Origin: Eledone cirrhosa
Lineage: Eukaryota
Length of the DNA: 64,000 nucleotides
NCBI GenBank assembly: GCA_964016885.1
Contig: OZ024751.1
Coordinates: forward strand, 51,956,001-52,020,000
Direction: 5' to 3'
Of the stretch, positions 12,363 through 24,269 are shown in pieces; position 1 is the first letter of the stretch, and each line of letters starts with the position of its first letter. Below the pieces are notes generated by a model. That model had not been told where the DNA came from, did not search any database, and saw only the letters and a list, made by a program, of their open reading frames with translations. Both the position numbers and the translations under genes were made by a program.

Positions 12363-13759
12363 CTTAAAAGCAAAATCAAAGCAACCGATTGGGTGTGGCA
12401 AATATAAAACTGGATATTAATCTATATAAATGACAAAACTCCATGCCTTTACATATTGACTGCTCAGAAATCAAAAGTCTAACAACAAACCACTATCTTT
12501 TATCATTTCTATCATGCATACACGCGCACACACTTATACATCCATACACACACACAGGTGAGGGACTAAACAGAGGAAGACAGTGCCCACAAAAATTGTA
12601 TTCATTGGAAAGTGTAATGGTCCTTATGGTTGTAGGCCGTTGGAAGAAAATTATACATTTTGGATCGAGTCCTTTTTCAAAAAGCGAGAAAGTGTTTCGT
12701 GACTAAGTGTTTTATGAGTGAAAGAGAAGATAGGTGGAGATACATACATACATACATGCGTGTGCATAAAACGGCAGAGTAAATAGAGAGTATTCACTAT
12801 TATATATATTATATTATAAGAAAGAAATTAATGCAGCATATGCGAAATTAACTATCAAGACATAACCATTGAAGATTTTACTCATTCGCCCATGATCCTT
12901 TGTGATCACTGCAAAGAACATGAATATTCCATTACTACCATCCTTATACCGTGAGAGTCTCTAAATGTTTAATAGGCTTATGGATTAAGGAATGCTATTG
13001 TTATGAAAAAACTCTTAATAAAGGGATCAAGCTTGAACAAGGTCATGTTTTTAAATGCACTCAGGCCACACTTTAATGTGGTAGTGCTAGTGCCATGATA
13101 AAATGTACCCAGCCCACTTTGTAAATTGGTAGTGCTGATGCTATAAAAAATGCTTTCTCTACACAGTGAAGTGTTTGGCATTAAGAAACCATGCTAATGC
13201 AACATATGGGTGAGTTGCTGTCTTTTAACTTGTCTAACCACAAAACATGACAACCATTCTAACATATATAAGAATGGAAAATAGATGTAAAATGGTGATT
13301 TTGACATATGTAGGTTAGAAAGGGGTTGGGTAGAGGTGAAAATGAAGAGAATCATTCATTGAAAACTGAGGAAGATGTTGAAGGTAGATATGATGTGTTG
13401 TTCTTTGTGTTCTTGGGATGATACCAAAGTGGTTAATGGAGTGACCATGTAGGTTGAAACTGTGGCGTACAAGTTGATCTGGAGTACATTGGAAAAGATT
13501 GCTAAGGAACTCAAGGAAATAATCATCTTCATTAGGAGTCGACCAGTTAGGAAATGTCTTTATGTCTTGAATGTTCGAGGCCATGAAATTTTTTTTTTTT
13601 TTTTCTATTATTAATTATTTTAATTTCGAGATAGAGACAAAATCTAGAATCAAAAGGAGTAAACTAAAGTTTTAGTATGTGAGAAAGAATACAAGATAGA
13701 TAATGTTGCCATTAAGGAGGAAATCTACATGGTGTAACATAAAATATAGGTCAAGAAGA

Positions 13760-14410
13760 GGTGAGGTGTATTTGAATTGCAAGCAGACTAACAGAGAAAG
13801 TAGACTTTGTATATGCCAGGGATAGTTAGTAATAAGAGCTACAGGAAAGAAACTATTTCCAATCCAAGGAATAATCCATAGAATTAGTTGATAACTTCTG
13901 TTACCTAGGTGACCTAATTGGCAGTAGAGATATTGCTCTGAAAATCTAACTAGAATAAGAATAGGGAGTTACTTCTGTTGGCAACAAAGGGATTTTATCA
14001 GAGTGAAGGGTAGACTGTATGATGCTTCCACATATAGCACAATGCTGCATGGAAGTGAGACATGAGCAACTGAATGTGGAGGCCAGAAAGAAATGAACCT
14101 GATGGATGTGATTTTAGTGAACATGAACAACCAAGCACAGATAAATTGAGAGAAAATCTGGACATAAAAGGAACCATATGTTGGTGTGCAGGAGAGAAGA
14201 TTGTGTTGGTATAGTCACGTGGTGCATATGGATGATGATCATTTGGTGAAGAAGTGCCAGGAGTTCCAAGTGGAAAGAAGACATGGAAGGATTAGGAAGA
14301 TATGGTAAAAGCTGCTTTCACAATTCTGAAACTGACTTAGGAGATGACAAAGGAAAGATGCTGTACGGGAGAAGACCAGCTAATCCATGCAAACATGGAA
14401 GAAAAAGAGA
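13760..14410 (+). mobile_element. Degraded RTE LINE 3' fragment
   Basis: LVDNFCYLGDLI, GRLYDA, MLHGSET and ERRLCWYSHVVHM remnants with frameshifts. Confidence 0.85.
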
Positions 14411-17400
14411 CATACAGTTTTAGATGTGTGTGTTTTAGTTCTAGAATAACTGGGTTAGCTGTCATGATTGAGGGTAGAGGGAGAAAGATAGAGAGAGAAT
14501 AAAAGGGGGCGAAGGAGGGAGATTAATATAACTGAAGATAGTAATAAAAAAAAAAGACTACGTACACACACACAACACATATTTTCAGTGGTTTGACTAA
14601 ATACAAACAGAATCCAATCGTTTGTATATTTTTTTTTTCCCCTTGAAGGACCAGTGGTGAAAGCAGCATCAATAAAAGGGACTAGTGATAGAAAAATATA
14701 AATCAATAATAGGGGTGAAAAATAAAGGGCCTGAAGATAAAAATAGATATTAGAAGGCGTGTGTACATTGACCAGAAGAAATTCTATTATTCTTATAATA
14801 GTTTCAGTCATTCGTATTTAGGGGATTTAGTTGATCATATCTGACCCCAGTATTTATTTTATCCACCCCTATTTAACTAACATATAAACAAACGGAATAC
14901 TTAAAACGGTAAATGTGCACGTACTCAAACACACACGTACAATTTCCGTCGACAAAATTTCACCCACGAAGCATTGATAAACCAGACACTATAATAGAAG
15001 ACACATACTCAGTGGGACTGAACCCGAAGCCACGTGACTGGGTAGAATGAGAAAGGGATACGAAGTGGAATTGAACAGCCAAAAGTGAAAACAAAGGATT
15101 ACCACAAAAGGAACGGTTTGATAATATAAATATAGGACCAATATGAGAATACAAAAACAAAGGAGCAATCGTGTGGACACATACAAAAAAAGTGGGATCT
15201 GCCTGTAGTAGGATCAATGAGATGGGTGGAGTGAGGGAGGAGAGGGAAAGATAGTCTGTACTTCCCCACCTCGTCACCAACCTGCTAAAATTAACGACCG
15301 AATCATCCTCAAATTATATTTTATCCGTCTTAGAGAGGAACGAGACACGTTACATAACGCAGTCCTAGATAGACAATTCTCGAGAAAAACGAGTTGTCTT
15401 TGATCTTAGGGTCTTCTGAGTGAAAAAAGCGGGATATTTACGTAAAAGATAATTAAATTACTGAACAGAAACGAGAGAGTAAAACAAGTAACGTTGGGTA
15501 AAGGAGTAGTAAAACGACCGGATGAGGGTTATGAGTAGATGGGAAATAATGAGTTTGTCTGCTGTCGTCTGTCTACTTAGTCAAGCATGTCAAATCCGTC
15601 AGTCTGTCTCAGTCAACAAGGTGTTAATAATATTCGTGGTGTGGTGGTTGTTGAACCTCAGTCATTTTCAACGACGAATTCTCCAGTTGATTCAATCAAC
15701 GGAACTGCCAGCTCGTTAAATTAATGTGTAAGTGACCGAGCATTCCAGATACGTGCATCTTTAACGTAACAATGTGTGACCAGCCCTCCACACCGAATTA
15801 CAAGTACAAGTTATTTTTGCCACCTAAAGTAAAGGTTTTGTGGTAACCCTTCGTTTTATGATTACAGACAACTGGGGGTGGAGTCTTCGACTTGGCCTGA
15901 GCATGGACTCAAACTCAAATGAAACTCTCGGGAATTTCCATGGAAAATGACAATATATATATATTATTTTGTAAACATAGTCGTAATCTTCACCTTCGAA
16001 AATGTACTTCTCTGAAACATTCATTAAGAAGGGGAAATGGACGTTACATGATAACGATCCTATCCTTCACCCCTCCTCAAACTAGATTATCGAAAGACAT
16101 CAGCGTGCGCCTGGAAGATTTGTCTTCTATTTCTAGCAGGTCGCGAGACTGCTGTTAGAAGTTATTTTTACTTCTTATCACGCCTTTAAGAAAGAAAGGG
16201 ATGGCTGTTACAATCTCCCACCACCAGTTATAAGTGAGGCTATGCACTGATGTGTATCATCGACATATATTGAAAGGCAGCTGTTTAACGCGCGATCAAT
16301 GGCATTCTAGTCGTGATCAGCCGTCTTTTTGAGGGGGTACCTAAGTCCAAGGTATCTAATATGTCCTTTCCATGCTGAAGATTTGGCTGCTGTTTCTAGC
16401 AGCTCAAGTGACCAGGTAAAGACTCCACCCTTGTGACAAACGGGCCCTACGCCGAAATGGAACCAATATGCTTTATTTATGTCGTTCATGACCTTGGGAA
16501 CGTCATGAACACCACAGCAGCCCAAATCAGATTTCATTTTCATGTAAGAGAACATCGCTGTTACACAGTATAATTAAACGGACAATTACATACTCATCCA
16601 CAGATTCAGATTCAGTTACATTACATACACATACACACACTCTCTCTTTCTCTGTGACACACGTATAACTTAGTACAGGGACGAGTTAACGGGAAAGAAA
16701 GTTCAACGCGCTAGAAATAGTAGCTAAGTCCCCCTCTAATTATAGCCCGTCTTTAAAAAAGGGCATACTGAATTTGGCTACATTATGCATCAATTAAAAA
16801 AATAGATGGGATTGTCACGGCTGGAATGACTATTAAGTATGCTTTCTCGCTCAAGGCTGAGCAAGGTTTTAAACAAGGACTTGCAATGTGTTGTTTTTTT
16901 CAAATTCCAGTACACATGCACTTCGATTACCTTTCAATTAACATATTAAAAAATCGAGAATTAAAATTTATTTTAAAGAAATATGCCACAAACCACTGAA
17001 AAAAGTCTTTGATAACACAAATGTGTTAGAAATCTATATATGGTCTTCCACTAAGTGACCTCTCTTCCTCTTCAATAATAGATGAAGGGGGGGGGGGGGT
17101 GGAAGCAAAGGTAAACAACTTTAAATAGGCCTAGTTTCGTAGTGAGCGGGAGGGGAGATAATTTTATATATATATGTATATATAAAGAGTAATTCAGTTG
17201 ATATCAGTATATAACTGGTATTTGGTTTAGGAGTAGATGTAATTGGAGATGAACATATGAATTGAAGTCCGAAAACTGACGACTGAATTAGCTAGTCTCC
17301 ACCAACCTGAGATACAGCTGAAACCGCTTATTATTACGAATAAGGCGGTGGATTGGCAAAATCGTTAGAGCGTTGGATAAAATGCTTTGTAGCATTTGTT

Positions 17401-19772
17401 CCAGTTCTTTACTACATGCTGAGTTCAAATCCTGCCGATGTCAACTTTGCCTTTCATCGTTCGGGGGTCGATAAAATAAAATACCAAACAAATATAATCG
17501 ACTTGTAAGCCGTGTGCCTAGATTAGGAATCATTATCACGGATAATATTATCAGGATTAGTGCACCCCAAACACGTCCTGCTTGATGTTATCCAATCGGT
17601 TATTGTTATTTAGAAGAGCTCTTTCCCAAAGCAATCACAATAAGCAGATTCCATTGTATTAAATTTTAAAAAAATAAAGTATGTATGTTTATGTGTATAT
17701 ATATATACATACATACATGCAACACCATCAAGTTACGTTTGATTTCTATGCTAGGGTGGGTTAGACGTATTGTTACAACTAATCAGTTTTTATTTGGAGT
17801 TACTCTCCTCCTAGACGGGTTGGGGAACCATGATTGGTGCATTTTTCATCGCAACACCAACACTAGAGAGGTTGTTCTGAAGAGTCCTCTCTACCTTCTG
17901 TAGTTGCTGTTGGATCACCAACCACTTCAGAGTGTACTGGGTGCATTTAATCATTGAACCAACACAAGAGATGTTTTATTCTCAGCATGACTAAAGAGTT
18001 CTCCCTACTCCAGTGTGCAAATAGGTGATGATAACCAAGGAAGAAAGGAGGGAGGCTAATGGGGAAAACAGTGATAGGATGATAGAAGAGTACAGGAGAG
18101 AGTGATAGCTATGTGTTGATTGTAGGTAGGTGAAATAAATAACAGATGAGCAACAATATAGATCAGTTATAAGTCGTAATACTTGATGGATAGGAACAGG
18201 GATGAGCGAAGAGTGGTAGGTGTGAACTAAAGGTCATATGGCCAAGAGAGGATTATGCTTAGCAGTAGGAATACTACATAACAGATCATATACCTTCACT
18301 TCTTACACCCCTTTAAATTATACTCTTTTACAATTTTGATTTGAAAGAATAGAAACTATGTAGAGCAGAAAAGACATTTTTGCTGTTTCAGGGTAAGGAG
18401 ACCCCTCTAATGTTGGCACTCTGATAAAAAAAAGCAGCTGGTGTTAAGAAAGACATCCAGCCATAGAAACAATGCAGGAAACAAACATACAAGTGTCTCA
18501 GATAATAGTAACTCCAAAAAATTGAGTGGTGAACTGCAACAACCTGTCCGAGGAAGCCAGTATGGAATGCAGACATAAAATTATATATATCACTATAAAA
18601 TGCACCCAGTATACTCTGTAAAGTGTTTGATGTGAGGAAAGGCATCTAACTGTAAAAAACCATGCCAACAGTATATGCATACACACATGCATGTACATTT
18701 CTCTGACGTTTATTGGAGAACATATGCTTTGCTGAAACATCATGGCCATCTAAGAATATGAATCTTTCTCTCCTCTCTCATATATATATATCTGGAAGGA
18801 CCCTTCAGCCATGTCAAGGACACAACAGCTTCCCTAGTATTGGTAATCTACACGATAAATGCACCCAGTACACGCTGTAATGTAGTTGGTGATAGGAAGG
18901 GGATCCAGCCATAGAAATCTTGCCGAACAAAAGGGTCAGGCGGACCGTCAGTTGTGTCAAAGGCATAACATTCTCTCCTGTACATTCGGTGGAGCGTCAA
19001 CTATACATAAAGCGAGACACAGATCCCTGGCCTGTCTGGGAAATCAGTGGCTCTGCTTCAGTACTGACTTGGTCTATGTAGACCCGTCCAACCCTTGCTA
19101 GTTGGGAAAGTGGATGGTAAAATGATGCTGTGTATATATATATATATATATATATACACAGCATCATCATTTTACCATCCACTTATATATATATACACAC
19201 ACACATAAATAGATAGCTACAGCAGCCAAATCTCCCAAGTAGCACACCCCTACCATCTTCACAAAGAAAGGATACAATTCATGATATAGTAGTAAATACA
19301 TTATGTCTGAATAAAAGATGAGGTTAATCCCAGTTGGAACATAATCAATGGTCTGCCCATCTAGGGTTGATCTGAGGCTAAACAACATAAATACACAAAC
19401 TTCTTTCTTTCTTTAAACAATCGACAAGATCCCAGAACTCATTTGATTACCAAGTGAGGTGGAACCTGTCAAATTGGACCAAGGAAACAATGTTTCCATT
19501 TGTCTTTCTATTGCTGATACTGTCTACTGATTGTAATTCCTAGCACAAACAAGCATAAATAATATATCTAAACATGCATTTACACACACTATATATATAT
19601 ATATATCATCATCATCATCATCATCGTTTAACGTCCATCTTCCACGCTTGCATGGGTTTGGACGGGAGTTTTTCCACTTGAGGCAAGAGTGGTTGTCTTG
19701 CTCGCATAGGACTATCTGGCAGGTTTTTTTTACAGCTGGATGCCCTTCCTAACACCAACCACGTTTACAGTG

Positions 19773-19806
<34 letters not shown>

Positions 19807-19849
19807 CATGGTAGAGAAAAAAGAAAGACAATTACCATCATAGCTATAT

Positions 19850-21262
19850 ACTGGGATGTATGATGTACAATCTCTCAGACACCATCGCCACCACCAACAG
19901 TTATATAATATAAGTCAATTATATACTAAGATGTACAATTTCTTACCATAACAATCATCAACACCATTGTAATATATCCATATACTAAAGTCGGTTAACT
20001 ACAAACAACGCTCAGTCACCATCACCATCATTAACAACATACTAGTTATATACTAACATATTATAATTGAGTCATACTATGATATCCAATCTCTCTTGCC
20101 CCACAACCATCATCATAACCAACAACAGTTGTATACCAACATACTATAATTAAGTTACCTACTTACTATGATGTACAATCCTCCATTCAACAGTTATATA
20201 CCAATATACTATATGTTAACTAACTACATACCATGATTTATAGCCCTCATTCACCACCAATAATATCGATATTGATATGCTAGAATTAAGTCAACTAACT
20301 ACTATAATGTACACTCTATCATCACCACCACCAACAGTAATATACCAGCATACTATAGTTAAGTTACCTAACTACTATAATGCACAATCTCACACTGACC
20401 ATTATCAACAACATAGTAACATATTAATATACTATATTAAAGTCAACCACACACTATAATATAGTTTCTACTTTTGGCACAAGGCCCGCAATTACCCCAG
20501 TGCATTACTGGTGCTTTATTTTATTGACCCCCGCTAAGGATGAAAGGCAAAGTTAACCTGGCAGGATTTGAACTCAGAACGCAAAGAGCCATAACTCCTA
20601 TACTACAAAGCACGGTGTCTGTTGCTCTACCGACACTGCCAAAACATATACAATCTCCCATCATCACCAACATAGTAATGTACCAATATACTATAGTAAA
20701 GTTAACTACATACTATAATATACATTCTTTCATCATCACCAACATAGTATTGTACCAATATACTATAGTAAAGGCAATTACATACTATAATATACAACCT
20801 CCCATCATCACCAACATAGTAATGTACCAATACACTATGTCAACAAACTAGATACTATAATACACAATCTCTCATTATCACCACCAACAAAGTAATATAT
20901 CAATATATTATATAGCAACTAACTACATACTATAATATAATAAGTGAAAAACTAACTACATACTATAATATAATCAGTGAAAAACTGGCTGTATATCATA
21001 GTATTACTATGTTGGTGATAGTGAGGACTTGTATACTATAATATACAAGTCCTCACTATCACTAACATAGTAATACTATGATATACAGCCAGTTTTTCAC
21101 TGACCATCATCACTAACAGAGCTATATACATATATACCACTACACTATAAGTCAACTACGTAGTATGATGTTCAATCTTTCACCATCACCATCACCATCA
21201 ACAATAACAGTTATATACCAATATACTATTAAGTCAACTACGTACTATGATGTACAATCTCC
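19850..21262. repeat. Degenerate ~60-70 bp tandem array derived from the BAZ1B exon2/intron2 junction, interrupted by a SINE (20465-20640)
   Basis: Recurring unit aagtcaactac(g/a)tactat(g/a)at(g/a)tacaatc...caccatcaccaac...gttatataccaatatactat. The last unit overlaps the true exon end. Confidence 0.8.
20974..21103. repeat. Near-perfect inverted repeat, 62-bp arms, 6-nt loop
   Basis: Arms 20974-21035 and 21042-21103 are reverse complements with one mismatch; loop ctataa. Confidence 0.95.
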
Positions 21263-21421
21263 AAGACAGGTTTCTCATAGCAGGTTTGAAACTGCGATTG
21301 GACCGATTTCTTGACATTTTTTTCGGAATTCCAAGCTTCTTCGTGGGTCAGATTGGTGTGTCCAGTTGACTGACACGTCCAGATGCGGTTCTTGTAGAGA
21401 GCCAACCGCTTCTCGTAATCC
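21246..21421 (-). CDS. BAZ1B: BAZ1B/WSTF coding exon 2, WAC domain (DYEKRLALYKNRIWTCQSTGHTNLTHEEAWNSEKNVKKSVQSQFQTCYEKPVLEIVHH)
   Basis: Matches WSTF EYEARLERYSERIWTCKSTGSSQLTHKEAW...WYEKLVLEMVHH. Phase 2 in / 1 out, GTACGT donor. Confidence 0.97.
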
Positions 21422-22163
21422 CTAAATTTCGGTTAAGGAGAATAAATGCATAATACACAAACTGAAATATACACAAAGAAACGAAAAGGCTTTACATTAT
21501 ATAATATATATATATATAAGCACTGACAATTTATTTAATAAAGGTGTAGAATCTTGATGTATAATGTGTGTGTTGTTACGAACTTGACAAACACAAAGAA
21601 AGGTGCTTTAAAAGACAACGACCTTAGAAAATATATAACCACTGACAATTTATTATTTGTATAAGGTTGTGAGGAGTCCAGAATCTTAATGCTTAATATA
21701 TATATATGTATGTGTATCCCGGGTTCCGGAGTAACCACAGTAAGGTACTCAATATATAGTAGAGTACAATGTTTGATATAGAAATGGCTTCTACAGGACT
21801 AGAACTATATATATATATACATACAAACATACACGTGTGTATATTATTCTAGAACAGGTTTCTTTATCCGACTTGTATACACATTATACATACATGTGTC
21901 CATTATATACTGGCATCAAATTGAGACGTTTCCGCGTTTTTCGGTCTCCTATATATGTGTACATTTCCTTTGTTTCGAATAATTATTTTCGTTTTAATAA
22001 CCAATAGCAAGAACACAATCCGAAGGAGATAGCAGCTGAATACACACACACAGATATATATATATATATGTGTGTGTGTGTATTTATATATATACACATA
22101 TAGGCCATCGGATTCTGCTTTGTGTCACGTAAAGGTGTGACATTCATACACCTCTCGATTCAC

Positions 22164-22209
<46 letters not shown>

Positions 22210-23028
22210 ATCCCGGGTACAATCGGAGGTAACTACAGTAAGTAAGGTACTCAATACATAGCAGAGTATAAATATTTAATATAGAAATGGCTTCTACAGG
22301 ACTAGAACTGTTTCATTCGAAGGAAATCAGGAAATATATATATATACATATGCATGCAAAGATGTGTGTGTGTTTGTATATATGTTTGGATGTACAAACG
22401 GGGGTGGGGAGTACTAAATACATGTAATAATTGGTGATTCACTCCGTCTGGCCACGTACCATCCTTGCTGTATATGTGTAATAAAGTGATTCCAAGTAGG
22501 AATTGAAACACAATCGCTTGGTTTCACTTATTTAATACACACTTTTCTGGATAAGAGCAGTGGCAATGGTTGAAATTAATTTTGGGAACCAAAACAATAT
22601 CTAATCTGTAATGTCAAAGATATTTTATTTTATTGACTATTATATGGAGGGATATTAATATCAACATCCAATATAGCCCGCTGCCAAAAATAAGAGCATC
22701 GCTTATCGAGCATCACAGCTGCGGATGCACACACACACATATATATTTATATATATAAATATATACACATATATACACACACATAAACATATAGAGGGTG
22801 ACAGTAGAGATGTCCCAAAGATATTACCCAAAAGCTTTTTCATACGTAATGAGTGGGAAAATATACACTAGATGTGTGCGATATATATATATATATGTGT
22901 GTGTTTTTTCCATGATTATTAATATTTAGCTAAGGATTTGATCATTCTTATTTTTTTAATTTAAAAGATTAAATGTAAGATTGTGACCACCGCCGTAGTC
23001 GTCGGTCACAATAATACAACAAAGAGCT

Positions 23029-23039
23029 CAAGATGGCGG
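23029..23039 (+). promoter_or_regulatory. YY1-like consensus site CAAGATGGCGG in a CpG-rich patch of BAZ1B intron 1
   Basis: Exact motif match. Function is inferred only. Confidence 0.45.
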
Positions 23040-23407
23040 AAGAGACGAAGTCCCCAGAACCAGACCGGGTATAGTGGAGGTGGGGAAGGATCTCATGTAA
23101 TAAAGGGCCGGATGTCAAAATCCACATATATATATACAGAAAGGGGGGAAGCAGTCATACATGAACACCCCCAAACACCTACCCATGGCCCACGTGCTAG
23201 CCACCATCATAACAAGAAACATGATACGTATAGATTAAAAATAAAATAAAATAAAAACTGAATTCCCCCTCCCCCGACGAGCGCTGGACTCCACGATCCG
23301 ATTTCGATTCTCAGTCGAAGTCATTCCCCTCCACTCATTTTTGTGGCTATGGAGATATATTCAGATGAAAATGACATCGTATGAATATTTGCCTTTTTCT
23401 CATATAA

Positions 23408-23446
<39 letters not shown>

Positions 23447-23665
23447 GAGAGAGAGAGAGAGAGAGAAGGGAGGTAGATAGATATATGTGTGAAGATTGTA
23501 CTTATATGTGGGAGTGTTAGTTTAGTGAAACTGAAATGTACAATAACCTTAATGATACCGGTAATCATATATCACATAGTACATTACACATATATACATA
23601 TATAGATCTATATACAGTGGCAAATCAGAGTATAGTCAGGACCTGCAGAAGTGTATGTTAGAAAA

Positions 23666-23780
23666 AAGTTGATGATTTACTCCATTGCTACTCGGAGTTT
23701 CTCAGTATATGATCGTTCAGGCTTTATGAATAACGTACCATACAAAACTCTGAGTAGCAAGGAATGAAAGCATCGACTTT
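23666..23780. repeat. Imperfect inverted repeat (foldback/MITE-like)
   Basis: aaagttgatg...ttgctactcggagttt pairs with aaactctgagtagcaa...catcgacttt. Confidence 0.7.
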
Positions 23781-24089
23781 ATATCCTTATATATATATGC
23801 AGAGAGAGAGAAAAAACAATTTATGTGTGTGTATGTATGTGTGATTACAGACTGACGGTTAAGCAATTCGGACTAAAGATTATTTAAGGTGAAATCCGAA
23901 CGAGAAAAATATATCATGCATGCAACAGATCAATAATAGATATTGTAATGAAATGAAAGTAGAGATTTTCATAATAAAGGCTAATGTGGGACTGTAGTGT
24001 GTTGTTGTGGTGGTAGTGGTTGTTGTCAATAAGAATATGTCAGCCATGTTGGATAGAAAGATAGAAAAGGTAGCAAAACTGAAGGATAC

Positions 24090-24202
24090 TGCTTCGATCG
24101 GAACTGTTCTTTGGTGTGGGCAATACTGTATATTACTTCCTCCGACTTACGGTTCACCAGTGGCTTGGCGTAAACAAAGATCTTTTTTCCAAGAAGTGGC
24201 AT
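24090..24202 (-). CDS. BAZ1B: BAZ1B/WSTF coding exon 1 (MPLLGKKIFVYAKPLVNRKSEEVIYSIAHTKEQFRSK)
   Basis: Matches the WSTF N-terminus MAPLLGRKPFPLVKPL..EEPLFTIPHTQEAFRT. ATG at 24202; a possible upstream acceptor lies at 24230. Confidence 0.96.
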
Positions 24203-24269
24203 TTCTAGATAATTATAAGGTGAATCCTCCTGGAGAGAAAATAAAATTAAAAAAACTATTGTGGTGTTC

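Larger units (their letters stand above)
21422..24089 (-). other. U12-type (minor spliceosome) GT-AG intron, first coding intron of BAZ1B
   Basis: 5' splice site GTATCCTTC starting at 24089; branch point TCCTTAAC at 21439-21432, 8 nt before the AG; no polypyrimidine tract. Joining CA|G keeps the WAC frame. Confidence 0.95.

Noticed and set aside
17340-17440. tRNA-like A/B boxes
   Set aside because: These are SINE heads: no cloverleaf, and they continue into the multicopy SINE core.
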